A DNA stretch of 64,000 nt from Leptospirales bacterium (GTDB lineage Bacteria; Spirochaetota; Leptospiria; Turneriellales; JAOUFE01), in assembly GCA_040326155.1 (NCBI GenBank), contig JBEQLE010000008.1:13531-77530 (forward strand), written 5' to 3'. Each line of letters begins with the position of its first letter. Positions within the stretch are counted from its first letter, which is position 1. A program made the translations under genes and the position numbers. The notes under the pieces are model-generated. The model saw nothing but the letters and a program-made list of their open reading frames with translations, searched no databases and was not told the DNA's origin. Below are positions 1 to 8,015 of the stretch, piece by piece.

Positions 1-566
1 CCCAGGCCATCTAATGTGGTTTTGTTTGTAAAATTTGCACCGCCATCTGTTGATATGCTTAAACCCGAATCCGTTCCGGCGTAAATGGTTGAACCTGATA
101 CAAAGAGTCCACTAATATTATCAGAACCCAAACCATCAGCAGTCGTTTTGTTTACGAAACTGACCCCGCTATCCGTAGATATGCTTAAACCCGAATCAGT
201 ACCGGCATAAATTGTTGTGCCTGATACATATATTGCTTGAACCCAATCCGAACCCAGACCATCGAATGTGGTTTTGTTTGTAAAACTAGCCCCACCATCC
301 GTAGATATACTTAAACCTAAATCCGTACCGGCATAAATTGTTGAACCAGATACATATACTGACTTAACAGTATCCGAAGCCAGACCTTGAGCGGTGGTTT
401 TGTTGGTGAAACTTGTACCACCATCGGTAGATATGCTTAAACCTAAGCCGGTAGCCGCATAAACTGTTGACGTTTCTACTGCCTCGTCCGTATTGTCCAT
501 GTTAGCACAAGCCATAAAAAAGCTTGTAATCATAAAAATTGTTAATTTTAAATATCTTCGTTTCAT
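1..566 (-). CDS. Lipoprotein with 42-aa Asp-box (BNR-like) beta-propeller repeats, runs off the window's left edge
   Basis: Not in the ORF track; translated by hand from ATG at 566: MKRRYLKLTIFMITSFFMA-C-ANMDNTDEAVETSTVYAATGLGLSISTDGGTSFTNKTTAQGLASDTVKSVYVSGS... Lipobox Cys present. 126-bp periodicity (gtagatat at 175, 301, 427). Paralog of 881..1879. Confidence 0.9.
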   Translation of the reverse strand, partial: MKRRYLKLTIFMITSFFMACANMDNTDEAVETSTVYAATGLGLSISTDGGTSFTNKTTAQGLASDTVKSVYVSGSTIYAGTDLGLSISTDGGASFTNKTTFDGLGSDWVQAIYVSGTTIYAGTDSGLSISTDSGVSFVNKTTADGLGSDNISGLFVSGSTIYAGTDSGLSISTDGGANFTNKTTLDGL

Positions 567-640
567 AATGTTTTCCCCTTTTAACTTTCTGGTGTTGTAT
601 TTTATAGCCTGTTTATTGCTTTGTGTATAGAAGTAGAATC

Positions 641-673
641 TACCAACTACGTAGGTATATTATACGTATGCTT
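641..673. promoter_or_regulatory. Conserved upstream motif of propeller lipoprotein copy 1
   Basis: TACCAACTACGTAGGTATATTATACGTATGCTT matches 1952..1984 at 31/33. It lies 75 bp upstream of the ATG and contains TACGTA palindromes. Confidence 0.6.
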
Positions 674-773
674 CAAAGGAATTGCTTGAGACACTACTCT
701 ATGATATGAATCAAGGCAAGGCAGGCAATGTAGGGATTCAAATTTTGACATCGAGAGAAAAAGAAATACTGCG
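667..773 (+). pseudogene. Internal remnant of the NarL-family response regulator
   Basis: Encodes YASKELLETLLYDMNQGKAGNVGIQILTSREKEILR, versus YASKELLDTLLDDMNHGKAGNVGIQVLTPREKEILR at 2512..2618. No receiver domain and no complete HTH. Confidence 0.85.
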
Positions 774-880
774 AGTGTATTTCAATAGAGCTTATCTTGC
801 GATAATGATGGAACATATCAGCAGATTAATTAAAGAGTACAATAGTGGTCAGTATGACCACTATTGTACTAAACAAAGAA

Positions 881-1879
881 CTATTGAACAAAAAGTTGTT
901 TTACAATATCCTCTCCCAGACCATCTGCTGTGGTTTTGCTTGTAAAACTCGCGCCTCCATCGGTTGAGATATTCAATCCTCTGGGATTTCCGGCGTATAT
1001 CGTTGAACTTGATACAAATACACTTAAAATATATGCGTCGTTTAGACCCGACGTTATATTTGTGAAGCTTGTACCACCATCCGTAGATATACTTAAACCA
1101 TTCTTCGTGCCAGCATAGATTGTTGAACCGGATACATATACATCTGAAACCCAATTATGTCCCAGACCATCTGCTGTGGTTTTGTTTGTAAAACTTGTGC
1201 CGCCATCTGTTGATATGCTTAAACCCATAGTCGTTGCGACGTAAAGGACTGAACCTGATACATATACTGCTTCAACCCAATCAGAACCCAGACCATCAGC
1301 TATGGTTTTGTTTGTAAAACTTGTGCCGCCATCTGTTGATATGCTTACCCCGAAACCCGTACCGACGTAAATGGTTGTGCCTGATACATACAGTGCGTGA
1401 ACATCATTATCAGCCAGGCCATCAAAAATATCTTTGTGTACGAAACTGACCCCGTTATCCGTAGATATGCTTAACCCCGTATCCATACCGAGATAAATTG
1501 TGGAACCAGATACATGCACTTCTTGAATCCAATTAGAATCCAGACCATCATCCATGGTTTTGTTTATAAAACTTGCGCCACCATCCGTAGATATACTCAA
1601 CCCATTACCTGTACCGGCATAAATTGTTGAACCAGATACATATACTGAAAAAATAAAATTCAAACCCAGACCTTCAGCGGTGGTTTTGTTGGTGAAACTT
1701 GCACCGCCATCGGTCGATATGCCTAAACCTGAACTGGTTACCGCATAAACTGTTGGCGTTGCTGCCTCGTTCGTGTTCTCCGTAGCCGTATCCTCTGTAG
1801 CCGTTTCCCCCATGTTAGCACAAGCTGCAAATAAACTGCTTAATATAAAAACTGTAAATATTAAATATCCTTTTTTCAT
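881..1879 (-). CDS. Lipoprotein with seven ~42-aa Asp-box repeats (predicted 7-bladed beta-propeller)
   Basis: Signal peptide MKKGYLIF...LFAA-C, followed by seven S-T-D-G/N-G-x-S-F repeats. Start moved to the ATG at 1879 by comparison with the paralog. Confidence 0.9.
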   Translation of the reverse strand: MKKGYLIFTVFILSSLFAACANMGETATEDTATENTNEAATPTVYAVTSSGLGISTDGGASFTNKTTAEGLGLNFIFSVYVSGSTIYAGTGNGLSISTDGGASFINKTMDDGLDSNWIQEVHVSGSTIYLGMDTGLSISTDNGVSFVHKDIFDGLADNDVHALYVSGTTIYVGTGFGVSISTDGGTSFTNKTIADGLGSDWVEAVYVSGSVLYVATTMGLSISTDGGTSFTNKTTADGLGHNWVSDVYVSGSTIYAGTKNGLSISTDGGTSFTNITSGLNDAYILSVFVSSSTIYAGNPRGLNISTDGGASFTSKTTADGLGEDIVKQLFVQ

Positions 1880-1951
1880 AATTGTTACTCCCTTACCTTT
1901 TGGCAACAAAAGATATACGGTATTTATTGACATTTGTAAAGACGTTGATTT

Positions 1952-1984
1952 TACTAACTACGTAGGTATATTATACGCATGCTT
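1952..1984. promoter_or_regulatory. Conserved upstream motif of propeller lipoprotein copy 2 (candidate response-regulator site)
   Basis: TACTAACTACGTAGGTATATTATACGCATGCTT, 73 bp upstream of the ATG; near-identical to 641..673. Confidence 0.6.
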
Positions 1985-2142
1985 TATATTTGTAGAATTT
2001 ACTTATTGTAAAAGTCCAAAATCTCAGTTATATTCTTATTAGATTAAACTATGGAGCGTAATACAATAATTTCAATGGTAATCCTGTTTATTGTTTGGTA
2101 TTCGTTCCATTATGAGAGTTCTGAAGGAAACCGGAGGTAAGT

Positions 2143-2775
2143 ATGCATAAGTTAATTATTGCGGACGATCATTCCATTTTTCGTAGTGGCTTAAGAAAAG
2201 CCCTCGAAGAAAAGTTGGATATCGAAGTTATACAAGAATTAAAAAGTACAACGGAAGTAGAATCCGTTCTGCCCGAAACAGACTGTGACGGTTTGATTCT
2301 TGATTTATCAATGAATAATATAAACTCTTTATATTTAGTGAAAAAGCTAAAAAAGATGAAACCGAATTTAAAAATAATAATTTTGACAATGCATGATAGT
2401 AAATATTTTTTTAACCAGGCTATGGCAGACGGCGCCAATGGGTATATTCTCAAAACGGATGAACATGCAAATATTATAGAGGCAGTTAAAAAGGTTCTAA
2501 ACGGTGGCTCTTATGCTTCCAAAGAGTTATTGGATACACTACTCGATGATATGAATCATGGCAAGGCAGGCAATGTAGGCATTCAAGTATTGACGCCAAG
2601 AGAAAAAGAGATATTGCGTATGGTTGCATTGGGAGAAACGAGTAATGCCATTGGACAAGCACTAGACATCAGCCCTCGTACGGTTGAGAATCACCGGAAT
2701 AATATTCGAAAGAAATTAGATCTGGTTGATCTTGCCGATATGGTTAAGTTCGCCAAAATGAATGAACTTGTTTGA
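2143..2775 (+). CDS. NarL/FixJ-family response regulator (REC + LuxR HTH)
   Basis: IIADDH, LILDLSM (phospho-Asp), LTMH, GYILK, LTPREKEIL...ISPRTVENHRNNIRKKL; RBS GGAGG. Confidence 0.95.
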   Translation: MHKLIIADDHSIFRSGLRKALEEKLDIEVIQELKSTTEVESVLPETDCDGLILDLSMNNINSLYLVKKLKKMKPNLKIIILTMHDSKYFFNQAMADGANGYILKTDEHANIIEAVKKVLNGGSYASKELLDTLLDDMNHGKAGNVGIQVLTPREKEILRMVALGETSNAIGQALDISPRTVENHRNNIRKKLDLVDLADMVKFAKMNELV

Positions 2776-2790
2776 ATATAATACGATTAT

Positions 2791-4665
2791 TTAGTATGGA
2801 ATATCAATTTGTAATCTGGTGCCTGTTTTTACCTGATGATCGATTATAAAATTTCCTTTAAGTGATTTTATACGCTCTTGAATTAGGTGAAGACCGAGAC
2901 CTGCTGTAGATTTATCTTTTGGAATGCCTACGCCGTCATCTGTAATTAAAATTCGTAACATATTTGCACTCAGCTTTTCTGAAAGCACTTGAAACTCGTA
3001 CGCGTGCGCATGTTTAATGGTATTGAACAGGGATTCTTGAATAATGCGGAAGACTTCGAGGTTTTGCTCCGGTGAGAGCAAAGATTCAACAGGATGTAAT
3101 CTTACTTTTGTAAGCAATGAGTTTGTGCCCGGTGTTCCTTGTATTAACTCTTGTATAGCATTCTCCAGTCCCAATGGTTGCAAGGCTGCGGGCACCAGAG
3201 AATGTGAAAAATTTCGGGCATGAGTCATGGTGTTTTTTAGTATTTGAACAGAGTCGTCCAAATCAAATTCTTTTCGAGTTTGCTTAGACAAGCCTCCAAG
3301 CTTGAATTGAACGGTTGCCAGAGATTGTCCAAAGTCATCATGTAACATTCCGGCAATTTTATTTCGTTCAACTTCCTGAAATGTTAGAAGTTTTTGGTTT
3401 AATCGGGAAACATTTTCAAAGAGCTTACCTCTTTCTTCTTGCAAAGATTTGATACGATCTGCCAGTGCTATACTGAGCAAAAAAGCTTCCAAAGAATTAC
3501 TGAATTGCATTCCGTATTCAGTGAGTAAATTTGTGGGAAGTACTCCGGCAAACTTTAACATAAAAGCTATCATTCCTATTAATAACATTGTCCATGCCAG
3601 TAGATAATACCGGGCCGGCTTATACCCCTGTATAAAGAAATAGACTCCGGCTGTGCTCGCTATAACAGCCCCCAATACAGTGGAAACCACCCAGATTCCC
3701 ATATAATACTTCAGGGGTAAAAAAGCGTATACAATGGAAGAAATAAAAATAAAGACAAGTAAAAACCGGGAGGGATAATATATGAAACGGGTTTCTTTAG
3801 TTACATTTAAAAAGCTGCCCATAAAAAGAAGTACGCCACCAATACCTACATTTGATGCTAAGAAACCGGAATAATTTTTCCACCAAATCGATGAATCGGG
3901 CCATAAATATTGATCGCCGTAGCCTCTGTAAATAGCAAAAACAAATATAATTCCAGTCAGATATACACAGTAATACAGGTAACTTATATCTTTAATCCCA
4001 AAAAACAGAAACAAATTATAAAGAAGCATAATGATTAAGGTTCCAAAGAAAAGCCCCATCATGAAAGTTTCCAGGCTGGACATTTCAAGAAAACTTTCTT
4101 TGTCCGATAAATACATGGGCAAAGAGACCATGCCGGCATCTTGAATATAGATATAAATTGTAATTTGTTCGCCGGGTTCTAAAGATACCGGAAAGGTTGG
4201 ATTACGTCTCTTATAATCAAGATCATTATAGTGCACGTTCTGTCCCGCTTCAACGATTTTCGGTTTTTGATTGTCTCGAACAACAACAAATCTGATTTGG
4301 TCAATCTGCGTCAATTTGATTTCGAAAAACCAATTGCGAATGTTTGTATCATTGACAACCCGGCTTTTCAACCAGTATCCCTTGGTCGTAATTCCAAAGC
4401 TGGGAATATCACTATCTACGATTACAAATTCGGATTCTTTTTTCTGGGAAATTTCTTTAAATGAAATAGCGTTCTCTTTTTCAACATACAATACTGTTTT
4501 TGACCCAATGGACTTTCCATTAAAGACGCTGGTTTTTAAAACAGGCAAATTAGACTTCGTCTCCTGGGCTAACAAACCTGGAGTAAAGAAAATGAAAGTC
4601 AGGAAGGTAAGTACAATAGCACCAAACCGAAACTTAACTTTGTTATCAAGTAAGACACCAGACAT
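2791..4665 (-). CDS. 7TM-DISM sensor histidine kinase (DISMED2 + 7TM + HisKA_3 + HATPase)
   Basis: SFG...YWL extracellular domain; LYNLFLFF...YLYY and PARYYLLAW 7TM motifs; ERNKIAGMLHDDFGQ H-box; ESLFNTIKHA, DDGVG, GLGL. Start uncertain (the ORF extends to 4740). Confidence 0.92.
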   Translation of the reverse strand: MSGVLLDNKVKFRFGAIVLTFLTFIFFTPGLLAQETKSNLPVLKTSVFNGKSIGSKTVLYVEKENAISFKEISQKKESEFVIVDSDIPSFGITTKGYWLKSRVVNDTNIRNWFFEIKLTQIDQIRFVVVRDNQKPKIVEAGQNVHYNDLDYKRRNPTFPVSLEPGEQITIYIYIQDAGMVSLPMYLSDKESFLEMSSLETFMMGLFFGTLIIMLLYNLFLFFGIKDISYLYYCVYLTGIIFVFAIYRGYGDQYLWPDSSIWWKNYSGFLASNVGIGGVLLFMGSFLNVTKETRFIYYPSRFLLVFIFISSIVYAFLPLKYYMGIWVVSTVLGAVIASTAGVYFFIQGYKPARYYLLAWTMLLIGMIAFMLKFAGVLPTNLLTEYGMQFSNSLEAFLLSIALADRIKSLQEERGKLFENVSRLNQKLLTFQEVERNKIAGMLHDDFGQSLATVQFKLGGLSKQTRKEFDLDDSVQILKNTMTHARNFSHSLVPAALQPLGLENAIQELIQGTPGTNSLLTKVRLHPVESLLSPEQNLEVFRIIQESLFNTIKHAHAYEFQVLSEKLSANMLRILITDDGVGIPKDKSTAGLGLHLIQERIKSLKGNFIIDHQVKTGTRLQIDIPY

Positions 4666-4953
4666 ACAAAAAGGCTTTAATAGAGTACCGAAAGAGTATT
4701 GACGCAATAAGAATATGTGATTCATCCAAATTAACTTCATTTGACTTCAAAACAATATTTTGTTTCTTTACGGTCAATAGAAAAATAACATTAGATGATA
4801 TAGTTTCTAAAGGCTTGCTTCGTTGTGCTTTTTTTAAAATACTTTAGTTGGTAGTTTATTTAGTTTGTTGACGATTTATTCACCCTTTGCATCCGTTACC
4901 TGCTAAACAATGAAGATTTATAGGAATTGTGTGTTACACAATAAAGTGAAAAT

Positions 4954-6831
4954 ATGGATCAAGATAAAATCATAAAATTAATAGAAAAACTCAACGTCTA
5001 CTCTCGTAAGCACCCCGGTAGATACAAACGGAAAGTGTGGAGACTGGCCGCAGCAGGTTATTTTTACCTGTTATTCATATTGGCTATCCTTGGTGCGCTT
5101 GTGGGTGCTTTTGCTTATTATTACTTATACACAGAAAGTCCAAAATTAACCACTCTGAAATTCTCTATACCGGTTTTACTTTTATTCCTCGCCATTTTGA
5201 AAGCCGCCTGGATTCGGATACCGCCTCCCTGGGGACTGGAAGTAAACCTCGATGCTTTTCCACATTTGAAAAATGCGCTGGATGAAATCAAGAAACGTTT
5301 AAATGGTCCAAAAATTCACTCTGTAAAAATTACGGACGAATTTAACGCTGCAATTGTACAGACTCCCAGACTTGGTATCTTAGGCTGGCAAAAAAATCAC
5401 TTAATTCTAGGTCTGCCCATGGTTCAGTCACTGTCGATGGACGAGTTTAAAGCCGTTGTTGCTCACGAGTATGGGCATTTGGCCGGCGCTCACGGTAAAT
5501 TTGCCGCAAAGATATACCGTGTACGTGGAACATGGGCACGGTTGCATGAAGCCATTGGGGAAAGCCATAGTTGGAGTGGTTGGATTTTTAACGGTTTTAT
5601 AAAACGGTTTGCGCCATATTTTAATATATATACATTTGTTCTTGCCCGTAGTAACGAATACGACGCGGACGCCGCTTCGGCAGATATTGTAGGCGCTGAA
5701 ACAACTGCCTCTTCGTTAATTCGTGTGGTAACAATGGGCGCTTTGTTTGAAAAATATTTCTGGAAATCTGTTTTCGACGAAGCTGCTTCATCTGAAGTTC
5801 CACCGGACGAAGTTTTAACACGCGTTCGCCCTTTCTTAGAAAAAATTGACAATGATAAATTAGTAAACATGCGTAATCTGGCTATGATACAAGAGACCGG
5901 TTTTGACGATACCCACCCGGCACTAAAGGACCGCCTTAGCGCCCTTGGGTGTGATTTTCGAGAACCCCTTGCGGTTCATGTTTCAGCGGCGTCGCACTTT
6001 TTGGGGGAACAGGAAAAATCGATCAGCGATGCAATTTCTACAGCCTGGAAAAATCAGGTTGCCGATGGGTGGACTGAGCATCGGGAGAGTGTACTAAAAA
6101 ACAAGCAAAAACTCTCCGAATTAAAAACCGAAGTCGAACAAGGCAAAGTAGCTCTAAAAGACTATTTAGAATATGCATACTTGACAGAAGAGATGGAAGG
6201 GCCTGAGAAAGCTTTCGTTGTCTTTAAAAGTATTCTTGAAACCGAACCTGAGTCGGCCGATGCGTTGTTTCATATGGGGCGTATTTTAATGGATCAAGAG
6301 GATGATACCGGAATCGAGTATTTACAAAAAGCGGCTAAAGCAGACGAAGATCTTGAGATCCATGTGTACCCCCCGATACTGCAATACCTGACATTAAAAA
6401 ACCGTCAAGATGAATTAAAAAGTTATAAAGAAAAATATGAAAAAGCTTTACTTCATGCGGAAAAAGTTCTACAGGAAAAAGAGAGCCTTACCGGTGACAA
6501 CGAGTTTGAGCCTCACAATCTTGAACAAGAGACAGTGCAAAGTTTGGCTACCCAGCTGCGAGAATTTCCTACCATTGACAAAGCGTATGTGGTGCAAAAG
6601 AAATTACATTTAAGTAAAAAGCCTATCTATGTTATCGGCTTAACCAGAACAAGAATCGCTGGAATACTCGAGCATACGGATATCACGAATGAACGGGTGG
6701 TTCAAGGAGTGGTAAATACCCTTGATTTTGAAGGACAATTTGTTTGCGTTGTTATAGACTCAAATCGAGATCCGCTTGGAAAAAGACTTCCAGAAATTCC
6801 CGACTCGTTCATTCTAAATGGTAAGCAGTAA
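4954..6831 (+). CDS. M48 (HtpX/Ste24-like) membrane zinc metalloprotease with C-terminal TPR-like region
   Basis: N-terminal TM helices, FNAA, AHEYGH, EYDAD, THP..DRL motifs. Confidence 0.88.
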   Translation: MDQDKIIKLIEKLNVYSRKHPGRYKRKVWRLAAAGYFYLLFILAILGALVGAFAYYYLYTESPKLTTLKFSIPVLLLFLAILKAAWIRIPPPWGLEVNLDAFPHLKNALDEIKKRLNGPKIHSVKITDEFNAAIVQTPRLGILGWQKNHLILGLPMVQSLSMDEFKAVVAHEYGHLAGAHGKFAAKIYRVRGTWARLHEAIGESHSWSGWIFNGFIKRFAPYFNIYTFVLARSNEYDADAASADIVGAETTASSLIRVVTMGALFEKYFWKSVFDEAASSEVPPDEVLTRVRPFLEKIDNDKLVNMRNLAMIQETGFDDTHPALKDRLSALGCDFREPLAVHVSAASHFLGEQEKSISDAISTAWKNQVADGWTEHRESVLKNKQKLSELKTEVEQGKVALKDYLEYAYLTEEMEGPEKAFVVFKSILETEPESADALFHMGRILMDQEDDTGIEYLQKAAKADEDLEIHVYPPILQYLTLKNRQDELKSYKEKYEKALLHAEKVLQEKESLTGDNEFEPHNLEQETVQSLATQLREFPTIDKAYVVQKKLHLSKKPIYVIGLTRTRIAGILEHTDITNERVVQGVVNTLDFEGQFVCVVIDSNRDPLGKRLPEIPDSFILNGKQ

Positions 6832-6995
6832 GTTACTTTTTTATTCATAAGAATATGACCAATTATTACCAATAATCGACACTGTTTGGCTATAAAGGTT
6901 CAACCAGAAACCAAGCGGTGGTTTAGGCCTGAAAAAGGTTTGACGATGGTGAAGCCAGGATAAAACATCAATTTAAAATCATTCATCAATGGAGA

Positions 6996-7919
6996 ATGCA
7001 TATGTCCCTTTATGGTCTATTTCAACGTAAAAGTCCGAACGGTTTCGGGTATAATACTACGGCTGAGGAGGTTACAAAAGACCTCTCTTTAAGCGGAAAA
7101 ACAATTTTAATTACAGGGTGCAATTCGGGACTCGGTAAAGAGACAGCGCGTGTGCTTGCTAAACGCGGGGCTAAAGTTTTTGGAACAGCGCGAACATTAG
7201 AGAAGGCGCGTAACGCATGCGCTGAATTTGGCCAAAGCGCAGTTGGGCTTTCTTGCGAGCTGTCCGACCCGCAAAGTGTTCGCTCAGCAGTGAAGGAGAT
7301 AAAAAATAAAGTTAAAAAACTCGACGTTATTATATGCAATGCAGGAATAATGGCTCTACCAAAACTCAAACGTGCGCATGGCTATGAGCTACAATTTTTT
7401 ACGAATCATATCGGGCATTTTATTCTCGTAACGGGACTTCTCGATCACCTTTCAGACAATGGGCGCGTGGTCATGTTAAGTAGCGCGGCCCACAAAGGTG
7501 CCCCGTCCGAAGGCATCCAATTTGACAATCTAGCCGGAGACGAGACATATACCCCCTGGAGCTCTTATGGGCAATCTAAGTTTGCTAATTTACTTTTTGC
7601 CAGAGAACTCGCACGGCGATTTGAAGACACAGACAAAGTTGCCATTGCCGTTCATCCCGGCGTCATAAAAACAAACCTCGGTCGCCATATGAATTCGGTG
7701 GTTAATTTCGTGTTTGGTTTGATAGGCCCTTTGTTTTTAAAAAACATACCGCAAGGCGCAGCCACAGAGTGTTACGCAGCAGTCCACCCCGGCGCTGCCG
7801 AGCATTCGGGTTCTTACTTTGCCGATTGTAACCCGATTTCACCACGGTCCGACGCCAACAACATGGAGCTGGCTTCGAAGCTCTGGCAAAAGTCCGAAGA
7901 AATTGTGGCCGGTCTATAA
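6996..7919 (+). CDS. Short-chain dehydrogenase/reductase (retinol-DH/WWOX-like)
   Basis: TGCNSGLG, CNAGIM, NHIGHF, YGQSK, HPGVIKT. Confidence 0.93.
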   Translation: MHMSLYGLFQRKSPNGFGYNTTAEEVTKDLSLSGKTILITGCNSGLGKETARVLAKRGAKVFGTARTLEKARNACAEFGQSAVGLSCELSDPQSVRSAVKEIKNKVKKLDVIICNAGIMALPKLKRAHGYELQFFTNHIGHFILVTGLLDHLSDNGRVVMLSSAAHKGAPSEGIQFDNLAGDETYTPWSSYGQSKFANLLFARELARRFEDTDKVAIAVHPGVIKTNLGRHMNSVVNFVFGLIGPLFLKNIPQGAATECYAAVHPGAAEHSGSYFADCNPISPRSDANNMELASKLWQKSEEIVAGL

Positions 7920-7921
7920 TA

Positions 7922-8001
7922 CGTCGGGGATAGCGGCGGCTCTTTATGGGGTCACATTGTGACCCTTTAAAAGCCAAAGCGAAGGGGCAGGCTTGCCCCT
8001 T
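7922..8001 (+). repeat. Two-hairpin intergenic repeat, copy A
   Basis: CGTCGGGGATAGC-[GGCT..GGGTCAC ATT GTGACCC..AGCC]-GCGAAGGGGCAGGCTTGCCCCTT. Related copies at 11552, 46341 and 63939. Confidence 0.75.
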
Positions 8002-8015
8002 TTAAAATATTAAAA

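Noticed and set aside
682..945. 87-aa ORF as a real gene
   Set aside because: Only the first ~30 codons are a regulator remnant; the rest is read-through into the antisense strand of the lipoprotein gene.
1..1760. 126-bp periodic repeats as a CRISPR array or DGR template/variable pair
   Set aside because: The repeats are in-frame coding blades with degenerate codons and no unique spacers. No cas or reverse transcriptase gene is in the window, and the differences are not obviously adenine-specific.
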